Of a DNA stretch of 30,591 nt, positions 1-6,645 are shown piece after piece. The translations under genes and the position numbers were made by a program. The DNA is taken from positions 1-30,591 of the IMG/VR virus record IMGVR_UViG_3300032261_000051; one strand, 5' to 3'. This stretch comes from a virus (lineage: Duplodnaviria; Caudoviricetes). The notes under the pieces are model-generated. The model ran no database searches. It had not been told where the DNA came from and was given only the letters and a program-made list of their open reading frames with translations. How positions within the stretch are numbered: the first letter of the stretch is position 1; every line of letters starts with the position of its first letter.

Positions 1-585
1 GTCGAAGCTGAGCTGGCGTGGGGGCCGGATGCCCTGGGGAATGGGATCGTCGGAGGCCAGGGCTGCAGGGCGGTCGGGCCGGAGGAGGGGCTCCACGAGG
101 CGCTTCGGGGCCTCCGGCGCCGAGACATGCTCGCTCGTGATTCGCACCGGGATGATGTTCCCGCGGATCGCGGGGCTGAAGGCTTGGAGCTGAGCGAGCT
201 GAGCCTGGGCTTCGCCCTCGGTGCTGTAGACGGAGGGGAAGATCTCCCGTGTGTGCGGGATCATGATGGCCCAGCCCGTGGTGGTGGGCCGGTTCGTGAG
301 GTGAAGCAGCATTCGGGGCAGCATGGTCATGAGCTGGCCGATCTCTTCGATCGCGGGCTTGGCGGGATAGGATGGGTTGATCACGGTCCGGCAGACGTTG
401 ACGGCGGCGGCCAGCGTCTTGTAGACGTCCTGGCGGTATTCGGGGTGGACGTCCCGGGCCTCGAAGTCTTCGATGAGCTTCGCAAGGTAGTCCGGGAGGT
501 CGAAGAGGTGCTCCTTGGCGGAGGAGACGGCCAGGGCCTCGGCGAGGCGGCTGGTTCGCTTCTGTGGCTTGGTGAACATTGACAT
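1..585 (-). CDS. Hypothetical protein, 3'-truncated by the window edge (MSMFTKPQKRTSRLAEALAVSSAKEHLFDLPDYL...)
   Basis: Not in the ORF track. Hand translation shows an open frame from ATG 585 to base 1, GAGGGA RBS upstream and strong GC3 bias. Confidence 0.8.
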   Translation of the reverse strand, partial: MSMFTKPQKRTSRLAEALAVSSAKEHLFDLPDYLAKLIEDFEARDVHPEYRQDVYKTLAAAVNVCRTVINPSYPAKPAIEEIGQLMTMLPRMLLHLTNRPTTTGWAIMIPHTREIFPSVYSTEGEAQAQLAQLQAFSPAIRGNIIPVRITSEHVSAPEAPKRLVEPLLRPDRPAALASDDPIPQGIRPPRQLSFD

Positions 586-597
586 GGTGATGGTCCC

Positions 598-681
598 TCA
601 AATGCGATGGCCGCCGGCCTTCGGCCGGGGGGGAGCCCGGGGCGTGACAACGGCAGCTCTGCCTCGGGCTCCGACTGACAT
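598..681 (-). CDS. 27-aa basic peptide MSVGARGRAAVVTPRAPPRPKAGGHRI
   Basis: Its ATG overlaps the TAA of the upstream minigene (TAATG). Its TGA adjoins the RBS of the next gene. Confidence 0.45.
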   Translation of the reverse strand: MSVGARGRAAVVTPRAPPRPKAGGHRI

Positions 682-695
682 TACTTCTTCTTCAT
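681..695 (-). CDS. Minigene MKKK*
   Basis: ATG AAG AAG AAG TAA, 8 nt downstream of a near-perfect SD, GGAGGAGGT. Confidence 0.45.
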   Translation of the reverse strand: MKKK

Positions 696-701
696 GACGA
701 T

Positions 702-887
702 CTACCTCCTCCCTCGTTTAGAGCCCCCCGCTTTCCCCTTCCGGACTTTCTCCGGAAGCCGCTTTGAGATGTGCGATCCTTTCGGCACGAACTCGCGCCC
801 GACTTTTTGGCTTACGCCGCCGAAGCCCCCTGGAGTGTGGGCTGCTGCGGCCATCAAGCGCGCTTGGGCTTTTGAGCGTGGAGGCAT
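702..887 (-). CDS. Small basic protein (MPPRSKAQARLMAAAAH...), 61 aa
   Basis: K/R/G-rich. The MPxxSKAQARLMAAAAH start resembles a recurrent phage hypothetical family (from memory). Confidence 0.8.
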   Translation of the reverse strand: MPPRSKAQARLMAAAAHTPGGFGGVSQKVGREFVPKGSHISKRLPEKVRKGKAGGSKRGRR

Positions 888-1083
888 GGGTTCCGAGCCT
901 TTCGACTTTGGCGTTGACGTTGGTGCCTTGGAAGTGGTGGGCGAACTCGAGGGCTGTGGCTTTGGAGGCGAAGGTCGTGGCCGCCCCCGGGGAGGTGACC
1001 CAGCCCAGGAGATCGTTGGAGTCTCGAGGAACCCGAAGGTAGACGTGGGGCCGGTTCGGCTTCCGCGAGACGATTCGCCACAT
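718..1083 (-). CDS. Small-domain paralogue A3 (MWRIVSRKPN...GWVTSPGAATTFASK...)
   Basis: TGATG coupling to the upstream peptide and a W-x(6)-A-xx-F motif shared with A1 and A2. Its last 170 nt overlap 702-887. Confidence 0.65.
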   Translation of the reverse strand: MWRIVSRKPNRPHVYLRVPRDSNDLLGWVTSPGAATTFASKATALEFAHHFQGTNVNAKVERLGTHASTLKSPSALDGRSSPHSRGLRRRKPKSRARVRAERIAHLKAASGESPEGESGGL

Positions 1084-1704
1084 CAGCGACCCCGCTTCGG
1101 GCGCTTGGGCGGCCGGGGCCGCGCCGCAGCCCCACCCTTCGCGAAGCCTTGGAAGCCCGGCCGGTCCTTCGTGATGCCTTCCTTTCGGGCGGCGCGGGAT
1201 GTGATTGGGTTCTTTGCCATGGGTCAGCCTTTCACTCTCTTGAGTCGGGGGTTGGCTTTCTTCGCTCCGGCGCTTGCGCGCCGAGTCCCTGCTGCTAGCA
1301 TCGCTCCCGCCCGCGCGGGGGAGACGCCTTGCTTTCGGGCGATCCTGTTCTGCACGGCCTTGAAGCCGGGGTGTGCTTTTGCCACTGGTATGCTCTCCTT
1401 TACTTTGACGTCTTCGACCTTTGGTCGAACGAACTGGCGGAGCCAGGTGAGCGCCGGGCCAGTCTCTCCCTTGCTTCGGAAGATTCTCGCCTCGTCTTGG
1501 CGAGTTGTCCATCCGATCTGCCCGTGATCCCCCAGGTGGAAGAAGAACAGAGTTTGGGTCGCGGGATTGAACCACGTTATCACGTGGCGCTTGACTAGCT
1601 TCTCTTTGTATTTCTCCACGGCTTGGACCACAGTTCATTGTGCAGAGATCGTCCCAGCAATCTCTGCAAGTCGGTGATCGTCTGGGACCGAACACGTAGA
1701 TCAT
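718..1704 (-). CDS. Cys-rich N-terminal peptide (MIYVFGPRRSPTCRDCWDDLCTMNCGP) on a frame that stays open to 718
   Basis: GGGAGG SD 6 nt before ATG 1704 and a CxxC-x4-C-x3-C cluster. The middle of the frame looks like shadow sequence of other genes. Confidence 0.4.
   Translation of the reverse strand: MIYVFGPRRSPTCRDCWDDLCTMNCGPSRGEIQREASQAPRDNVVQSRDPNSVLLPPGGSRADRMDNSPRRGENLPKQGRDWPGAHLAPPVRSTKGRRRQSKGEHTSGKSTPRLQGRAEQDRPKARRLPRAGGSDASSRDSARKRRSEESQPPTQESERLTHGKEPNHIPRRPKGRHHEGPAGLPRLREGWGCGAAPAAQAPEAGSLMWRIVSRKPNRPHVYLRVPRDSNDLLGWVTSPGAATTFASKATALEFAHHFQGTNVNAKVERLGTHASTLKSPSALDGRSSPHSRGLRRRKPKSRARVRAERIAHLKAASGESPEGESGGL
1083..1220 (-). CDS. 45-aa basic peptide MAKNPITSRAARKEGITKDRPGFQGFAKGGAAARPRPPKRPKRGR
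   Basis: Hand translation, below the ORF-track cutoff. It starts 3 nt after the upstream stop and its stop overlaps the next ATG. Confidence 0.75.
   Translation of the reverse strand: MAKNPITSRAARKEGITKDRPGFQGFAKGGAAARPRPPKRPKRGR
1224..1631 (-). CDS. Paralogue A2 fused in frame to a basic peptide (internal GTG start at 1385: MAKAHPGFKAVQNRIARKQGVS...)
   Basis: N-terminal ITW...WTTRQDEARIF domain. An AAGGAG SD precedes GTG 1385, so a separate 53-aa product is likely. Confidence 0.75.
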   Translation of the reverse strand: MVQAVEKYKEKLVKRHVITWFNPATQTLFFFHLGDHGQIGWTTRQDEARIFRSKGETGPALTWLRQFVRPKVEDVKVKESIPVAKAHPGFKAVQNRIARKQGVSPARAGAMLAAGTRRASAGAKKANPRLKRVKG

Positions 1705-1709
1705 GGTGG

Positions 1710-1726
1710 GCCTCCCGAAGGGAGGC
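1710..1726 (-). promoter_or_regulatory. 7-bp hairpin that sequesters the SD of the ORF starting at 1704
   Basis: GCCTCCC-TTC-GGGAGGC on the minus strand; the 3' arm is the SD. Confidence 0.5.
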
Positions 1727-1954
1727 TCAGCCGCCTTTGGCCGGGGTCATGATGAGCCGCACTCGGATCGTCTCGATCTGGGGCTTCACGAGGCGAGAGA
1801 GCCAGCGGAAGCTGGTCTCCACCTCGGACCGGGTCTTGAAGATCCGAGCCTCGTTCCGCTCCGGCGTCCACAAGGTGAGGCCCCCGCTGTCGGGATGGTA
1901 GTAGTATTGCTCTCCCGAGAGGGGGCTCTTCCATGTGATGATCCAACGTGTGAT
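1727..1954 (-). CDS. Paralogue A1 (ITRWIITWKSPLSGEQYYYHPDSGGLTLWTPERNEARIFKTRSEVETSFRWLSRLVKPQIETIRVRLIMTPAKGG); no canonical start codon
   Basis: Hand translation aligns clearly with the N-terminal half of 1224-1631. There is no suitably placed ATG/GTG/TTG start, so the ORF track missed it. Confidence 0.7.
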   Translation of the reverse strand: MTRWIITWKSPLSGEQYYYHPDSGGLTLWTPERNEARIFKTRSEVETSFRWLSRLVKPQIETIRVRLIMTPAKGG

Positions 1955-1958
1955 GACC

Positions 1959-2369
1959 TCACCATCTGCCGAAGAGGAACCCGAGGGGGCACCAGTCCCA
2001 GGCGCCGTAGGGCTCCGCTTCGATGAAGACCCTTGGACGACGCGGACGCTCGAGGAGGATGGCCTCCTCGTCGTCGTAGTCGTAGTAGGCGGGGGCGGGG
2101 GCGCGCCCGTAGCGAGGTCCGGGCTCGTATAGTACCTCCTCCTCCCGGGCCGGGCGTCGAACCCGCACCTGTGTACGAGAGGTTCGAGAGGCCCGGGGTC
2201 GGCCCCGGACGAAGGCGCAGTCGAGGTTCATCCTGACGTTGCCTCGGGCCCTGGTTCCGTCGAAGTCTCCGATGCACTCGACGGGGGACTGGGCGGCGGC
2301 CGGGCAAGCGTAGAGGAGGGCTCCGAGGGCTCCGATGGCGCCCACGGCAGCGGTTGACAGCTTGAGCAT
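1959..2369 (-). CDS. Putative secreted Arg/Pro/Tyr-rich protein
   Basis: GGAG SD before ATG 2369. MLKLSTAAVGAIGALGALLYACPAAA|Q looks like a Sec signal peptide. Confidence 0.7.
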   Translation of the reverse strand: MLKLSTAAVGAIGALGALLYACPAAAQSPVECIGDFDGTRARGNVRMNLDCAFVRGRPRASRTSRTQVRVRRPAREEEVLYEPGPRYGRAPAPAYYDYDDEEAILLERPRRPRVFIEAEPYGAWDWCPLGFLFGRW

Positions 2370-3355
2370 TTCGAGTCTCCATTCCCTTGTGTGGAGGTGA
2401 GCTCTGTAACGGGATTCCGCGAGAGCGGATCCCAGCGGTGGCGGATGTAGTTGGAGAAGAATGGCTGGGGACGCTTTGCTTCGCAGAGCGTGGTGAAGGC
2501 ACAGCCCCCGTAGGACGAGCATGCGTCCGCAAGGTTCATGTCCCAATAGCCTTCGACCAGCTTCTCCTCAGTTGCCCTAGGTTCCCATGCTTTGAAGGTC
2601 TCCGTGATGTCGATGAGATCGTTGATGAGTTGCCCCTCCCAGCGGGCCACGAGATGGTGGCCGAATGTGGGAAGGGCGGTGGCGAATTTGAATTGAGTCT
2701 TCTGAATCGCGATCCCTCGCACCGCGACGTTGTGAACGCTGAAGCCGAGCTGCTGGAGAGCCCAGACGTAGCCGAGGAACTGGCCCCGGAGACTCCACTG
2801 GTTCTCCCAGGCGTAGCCGATCGAGGAGGTCGTCTTCTCGTCCACGATGACGGGCAGGCGTTCGGAGCCGTAGTAGCCAAGCATGTCGAAGCGGCCGACG
2901 AAGACGAAGGGCTCGCCTGAGGGGTGGCGTGGAAAGCGGGTCTCCACGAGGGGAATCGCGAAGGTGAATTCGACGGCGGGCGAACCATCTTCCCTCATGT
3001 GGGGTTGGATGACGTCACGGAGGGGATGGTGCAGCTCGAGATACTCCGAGAGGGCGGAAAAGGTGTTGACGAGGGACTTGGGGCTGGCGTCGGGGGGCTC
3101 GAAGTCTCCCCATTCTCGCAGGAAAGGAGGTAGAGCGACCTCAAGCAGAGCTTGATGCGAGCTATCGCTGCCCGCCGTGAAAGCCAGACGTCGGGCGGCT
3201 TCCATTCCGGCGGCGAAGGCTGCTCCGGCGATGAGGTGGACGCTTCGTCCTGTGGGATAGAGGGCATGGATGGTGCTCCAGAAGAACTTGCGCTTGCAGG
3301 CGCGGAGAGTCGAGAGCATGGAGCTGTCGACGTAGAGAGGCAGGCCGGGCGTCAT
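2228..3355 (-). CDS. PD-(D/E)XK superfamily exonuclease (Cas4/RecB-like)
   Basis: DSSMLSTLRACKRKFFW, GRFDMLG, IVDEKTT, QFLGY, and C-terminal C-x5-C-x5-C plus an N-terminal Cys. Confidence 0.88.
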   Translation of the reverse strand: MTPGLPLYVDSSMLSTLRACKRKFFWSTIHALYPTGRSVHLIAGAAFAAGMEAARRLAFTAGSDSSHQALLEVALPPFLREWGDFEPPDASPKSLVNTFSALSEYLELHHPLRDVIQPHMREDGSPAVEFTFAIPLVETRFPRHPSGEPFVFVGRFDMLGYYGSERLPVIVDEKTTSSIGYAWENQWSLRGQFLGYVWALQQLGFSVHNVAVRGIAIQKTQFKFATALPTFGHHLVARWEGQLINDLIDITETFKAWEPRATEEKLVEGYWDMNLADACSSYGGCAFTTLCEAKRPQPFFSNYIRHRWDPLSRNPVTELTSTQGNGDSKCSSCQPLPWAPSEPSEPSSTLARPPPSPPSSASETSTEPGPEATSG

Positions 3356-3657
3356 CAGGTCTTGCCTCCCACGATGCCGAGGCTGGCTTCAAAGTCGGCC
3401 AGGGAGCTGAGCTTCCTCGCTGCCCGGGGCTTCGCCTTCGGTCCCGCCGTCGACATCGTCCCACGAAGGATCTGGATCAAAGTGATACTCTCCCGAATTT
3501 CCGACGGCTCCAATTCCCTCTTCGTCTGGAGAACTTGGACCTCTCGAAGGCGAGCGTTCAGGGCTGCCGGGTCCAGCTTCTCCGGGCTCTCGAGGGGAGT
3601 GAGGAGTGGGGGCTCCAGGTCCGCCGGGCTGCCCGGCAAACTGTTGGCGTCGTTCAT
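3355..3657 (-). CDS. Hypothetical helical protein
   Basis: Stop coupled to the nuclease ATG (TGATG). Start is ATG 3657 or GTG 3666. Confidence 0.75.
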   Translation of the reverse strand: MNDANSLPGSPADLEPPLLTPLESPEKLDPAALNARLREVQVLQTKRELEPSEIRESITLIQILRGTMSTAGPKAKPRAARKLSSLADFEASLGIVGGKT

Positions 3658-3859
3658 GGATTTCACTCTTCCTTTCTGTGAGCCATTGCTGGAGTAGGGC
3701 AGTCACGAGATGTGAGCGGCTGCCGTAGGTGATCCTCATGCTGCCTGAGTCGTAGAACATGAGGTCGATCTCGTGCGCCAGAGATTCCGGGAGGGTGACC
3801 TTCCAGTACTTCTTCCGGCCGGGCACACGGCGGCCAAGTCCGATACGTCCTCTTGTCAT
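3389..3859 (-). CDS. Ribbon-helix-helix DNA-binding protein (core about 3665-3859)
   Basis: KYWKVTLPESLAHEID...YGSRSHLVTALLQQWL has the RHH strand-helix-helix pattern; ATGA coupling upstream. Confidence 0.7.
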   Translation of the reverse strand: MTRGRIGLGRRVPGRKKYWKVTLPESLAHEIDLMFYDSGSMRITYGSRSHLVTALLQQWLTERKSEIHERRQQFAGQPGGPGAPTPHSPREPGEAGPGSPERSPSRGPSSPDEEGIGAVGNSGEYHFDPDPSWDDVDGGTEGEAPGSEEAQLPGRL

Positions 3860-4182
3860 TCATAGCTCGTGAGAGGTTTGATTGCGATCTGGGTGAGGGT
3901 CGGCTGCGGCGGGGCCGCGAGAATGTTGAGGAGGAGGGCGCTCTGGTAGCTGCGCCCGCCGACGGAGAGGGCAACTTGCACCAGGTCGCTGCCGGCGCCC
4001 TGGGCCTCGACCTGAGCGGTGAGGCCATCTGGGGCGACGGTCAGCGTTGCGATTGCCGGATTCTCATGCGTCCAGCGCGGGGTGTAGTCGAGCAGAGCTG
4101 GCGCTTGCATTGGCCTCTCCGTTTCGTCGAGGTAGGCGATGCCAAGCTCGACCAACTGTCCGGGCTGGAGCGTGAGGATCAT
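3856..4182 (-). CDS. Small beta-sandwich (Ig-like) protein
   Basis: Alternating hydrophobic strands and WTHENPAIATLTV..DGLTAQV, like bacterial Ig-like group 2 repeats. Confidence 0.65.
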   Translation of the reverse strand: MILTLQPGQLVELGIAYLDETERPMQAPALLDYTPRWTHENPAIATLTVAPDGLTAQVEAQGAGSDLVQVALSVGGRSYQSALLLNILAAPPQPTLTQIAIKPLTSYE

Positions 4183-4185
4183 GGT

Positions 4186-4506
4186 TCAGACCTTCGTTGG
4201 ATCGTAGCCAGAGGGCATGTGAGGCTCGGCTGGCTCTGAGGGGGCCCGGCCTCCACTACCTGGGACGGTTCCGCCGCCCATCGGGAACCGCTGGGTTTGG
4301 ACTGCCGGGTCCTGGGACTTCGTCCGGAGGCTCTGCGGGTTTGGCTTTGCCGCGTGGACGTTGTGACCCGAGGCTTGGGGTATCGCCCGGGTCCTCTTCA
4401 ACGGGGTCCGTCCCTTGCTGTACAGGTCGGCCATGTGGTCGGCCTGATTGGGCTCGTTCGTTGGGCGATTCTTGCCCATGAAGTTGCGATTTCGGGTGAG
4501 GGCCAT
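4186..4506 (-). CDS. Disordered basic P/G/N-rich protein
   Basis: AGGAG upstream; tight packing with the downstream gene. Confidence 0.7.
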   Translation of the reverse strand: MALTRNRNFMGKNRPTNEPNQADHMADLYSKGRTPLKRTRAIPQASGHNVHAAKPNPQSLRTKSQDPAVQTQRFPMGGGTVPGSGGRAPSEPAEPHMPSGYDPTKV

Positions 4507-4729
4507 GAGTTTTCCATTCTCCTGTGCTGTGGTCGCCTTGCCAGCTGCTGATGCGGGTCTGCGCGGGGTTGATCCTCCGGTGCCTCTTCTCGAAATAGGC
4601 GTCTGCGCCCCGGAGGAAGATGTAGAAGTCGAAGCCGTGGTTCCTGGCGTGCTCCACGGCCTCGAGGATTGCGTCTTCGAGCTCTTCCTTCGTATAGTCC
4701 ACGATCTTGGTGAAAGGCTTCGCGGTCAT
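4256..4729 (-). CDS. Hypothetical protein (MTAKPFTKIVDYTKEELEDAILEAVEHAR...)
   Basis: AAGGA SD and a protein-like first ~60 aa. The tail overlaps 4186-4506 by 251 nt. Confidence 0.65.
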   Translation of the reverse strand: MTAKPFTKIVDYTKEELEDAILEAVEHARNHGFDFYIFLRGADAYFEKRHRRINPAQTRISSWQGDHSTGEWKTHGPHPKSQLHGQESPNERAQSGRPHGRPVQQGTDPVEEDPGDTPSLGSQRPRGKAKPAEPPDEVPGPGSPNPAVPDGRRNRPR

Positions 4730-4796
4730 TGGTGGCGTGTTCCTTTGTTGACCTTCAAGAGAGGAGGCGGCAGAACCGCCTCCAGAGTTGGGCGAG

Positions 4797-5078
4797 TCAG
4801 CCACTTCCTGGGGGCTGTGGCTTTCCGCCGCCGCCGGGGAAGTAGCCCCAGCCATATTCGGGATGGTAGCCCCAGCCACCACCTGGAGGGGGAGGCTTGA
4901 CGCCTTCCGTGGGCGGCTCGCCTGGCATTGGAGGAAGGTCGGGCGGCAGGTCCGGGGGAGTCCCCGGGCCGCTGCTGACGGCACCGATGAGGGTGACGGC
5001 TCGACCGGCCTTCAGAGCTTTGTCCCAAAGGATCCCGTCGATCTGGAGCAGTGTGCCGGCTGGAACATCGCGACGCAT
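4797..5078 (-). CDS. Pro/Gly-rich protein with a GWGYHPEYGWGY motif
   Basis: AAGGAAGGTGA SD before ATG; coherent composition. Confidence 0.75.
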   Translation of the reverse strand: MRRDVPAGTLLQIDGILWDKALKAGRAVTLIGAVSSGPGTPPDLPPDLPPMPGEPPTEGVKPPPPGGGWGYHPEYGWGYFPGGGGKPQPPGSG

Positions 5079-5157
5079 GATTCACCTTCCTTTGAGCACC
5101 ATCGGGGAGGATATGGCCCAAGCGGTGGTGCATCCACTTGGGCCAATGGAGCGCCGA

Positions 5158-5397
5158 CTACTGGCTCGAGCCTCCGCTCTGCCAGCGGTCGTTGTAGTCC
5201 CAGAACTTCTTGGGGCTGCTCAGGGGATTTCCACGCTCGGAGGGCAGATATGTGCCGCCTTCCCAGCTGCCATATGATGGCCTGCTCTGCTTGACAATCT
5301 TGACCACGAGGATTCGCTTCGGGGTCTGCTTGGCCTCTGCTCCGGCAATGGGGCAGAGGATGAGTCCAGTGAATAAGAGCCCGCACAACGTCTTCAT
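5158..5397 (-). CDS. Small putative secreted protein
   Basis: AGGAG SD; MKTLCGLLFTGLILCPIAGAEA|K signal-peptide pattern. Confidence 0.7.
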   Translation of the reverse strand: MKTLCGLLFTGLILCPIAGAEAKQTPKRILVVKIVKQSRPSYGSWEGGTYLPSERGNPLSSPKKFWDYNDRWQSGGSSQ

Positions 5398-5432
5398 GCT
5401 AGTTCTCCTAAGGTCTGCTTCGCTTCGAAATG

Positions 5433-5508
5433 CCCTTGGAGCACCAGGGACGATGTGCCAGCTCGGGGTGTGTTGGGGGGAGTGAGCCGGCATCTGGTGC
5501 TCCAAGGG
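5433..5508 (-). ncRNA. Long stem-loop leader or candidate small RNA with a C-rich loop
   Basis: Perfect 15-bp inverted repeat at 5433-5447/5494-5508. An inner 9-bp stem has a G-U pair that forms only on the minus strand. Confidence 0.5.
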
Positions 5509-5515
5509 TGTGGCA

Positions 5516-5543
5516 ATTATGCACACAAGGGGAGAAAAGTCAA
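5516..5543 (-). promoter_or_regulatory. Sigma70-like promoter TTGACT-N16-CATAAT
   Basis: Near-consensus hexamers in an AT-richer intergenic gap, directly upstream of the stem-loop. Confidence 0.6.
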
Positions 5544-5565
5544 CTCTGATCAGTGTTCAGTTCCA

Positions 5566-5790
5566 TCACTTTGCATTACGGGATGTTACGTCCTCGTCAT
5601 CTGGTCCTTCACTAGTACCTTCGGGGGTTAAGATGTCGAACATGACCTTGACTTGGATCCCCATTACCTTGAGCTGGAGCTCGAGGTTCTTCGCAAGGAG
5701 GTGGCCGTATTCATGGCGCTCCTTCGGAGTTCGGAAGAGAGCTGGAACTGGTGAGCTGAGATTAACGGTGAAGTCTGACATATCCTTCAT
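5566..5790 (-). CDS. Hypothetical protein
   Basis: GAGGA SD and ATGA coupling. Confidence 0.7.
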   Translation of the reverse strand: MKDMSDFTVNLSSPVPALFRTPKERHEYGHLLAKNLELQLKVMGIQVKVMFDILTPEGTSEGPDDEDVTSRNAK

Positions 5791-6098
5791 GGAATGGCGT
5801 CCTCATCTAGGGGGGGTGGGCCGGCTGAGATTCCAGCTTCTTCGAGTGCCTGGTGGAGCGCGCGGTTCTTCGACTTGATCTCCAGGATCCAGTATTCGCC
5901 TTGCTGGTAGACGAAGACGCCGAGGCTGTTGAGCTCGGGATGGGCCTCGGCCATCTGCTTGCGGACGTAGTAGAGCTGATGGCGGTAGTAGTTGGCGTTG
6001 GCCTTGAGCTCGAAGGTGAGCTTGAGGGGAGCGCGGAACCAGAGGGCGGCAACTTCGTCCTCGACGGCTTTCGGGGCGTGTGAGCGCGGGGCGGTCAT
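5787..6098 (-). CDS. Hypothetical protein
   Basis: AAGGA SD, ATGA coupling at both ends and GC3 bias. Confidence 0.8.
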   Translation of the reverse strand: MTAPRSHAPKAVEDEVAALWFRAPLKLTFELKANANYYRHQLYYVRKQMAEAHPELNSLGVFVYQQGEYWILEIKSKNRALHQALEEAGISAGPPPLDEDAIP

Positions 6099-6301
6099 TC
6101 GCGGTTGTCCTTTCGAGCTTGGAGCAGGTAGTGCAGCTCCCGAAGGATCTCACTCAAATAGTAGCAGAAGAGAATGAAGCCGGCTCCCATAGTGAGCCAG
6201 CTCCAGTAGATGAGCCCGAGACTGACAGCGACGAAGGATGCGACGGCGCAGGCGGTCAGGAGCACCATGTGAGTGAGGGAGGATGGCTCGGGGGCGAACA
6301 T
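6095..6301 (-). CDS. Small membrane protein (two hydrophobic segments)
   Basis: VLLTACAVASFVAVSLGLIYWSWLTMGAGFILFCYYL; coupled start and stop. Confidence 0.75.
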   Translation of the reverse strand: MFAPEPSSLTHMVLLTACAVASFVAVSLGLIYWSWLTMGAGFILFCYYLSEILRELHYLLQARKDNRE

Positions 6302-6645
6302 CAGGGGCGGCCCTTCTTGTTCTCGACCATGTAGTGTGTCATCTCCTCCATGAGCGTGGCAAAGATGAGGCTCGCGCTGCGCTCCATCTTGTCGTCTCCC
6401 GCGGTGGAGGCGAGGAGTGCGACCATGTGGCTGATGCCTCGGGTTGCAGCGGTTGCGGCTTGATCGATCTCGCCGGTGCTGGCCTCGTCACGGAACCAGT
6501 CGATGAATGGCACGAAGACGTTGAGGGCGAACCGGGCCTTCATCTGCTTGTAGCGGTCGGGGTCGTTGAGACGCCGGGCAGCGTGTGTGGTGAGCCCCTC
6601 TCTGGTCTCCTCGAGGGCTTCATTCAGTTGAGGATGTAGACTCAT
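6301..6645 (-). CDS. Hypothetical helical protein
   Basis: GGAGGGA SD and TGATG coupling downstream. Confidence 0.8.
   Translation of the reverse strand: MSLHPQLNEALEETREGLTTHAARRLNDPDRYKQMKARFALNVFVPFIDWFRDEASTGEIDQAATAATRGISHMVALLASTAGDDKMERSASLIFATLMEEMTHYMVENKKGRP

Noticed and set aside
694-1527. 277-aa plus-strand ORF and other plus-strand ORFs across 127-9344
   Set aside because: Antisense shadows of coupled minus-strand genes that have RBSs; long shadows are expected at high GC3.
1701-1946. 81-aa minus-strand ORF in the track (MDHHMEEPP...)
   Set aside because: Wrong frame. The neighbouring frame (1727-1954) gives a clear paralogue of the gene at 1224-1631.
2228-3355. CRISPR-Cas system implied by the Cas4-like nuclease
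   Set aside because: No repeat-spacer array and no other cas genes seen in the window.
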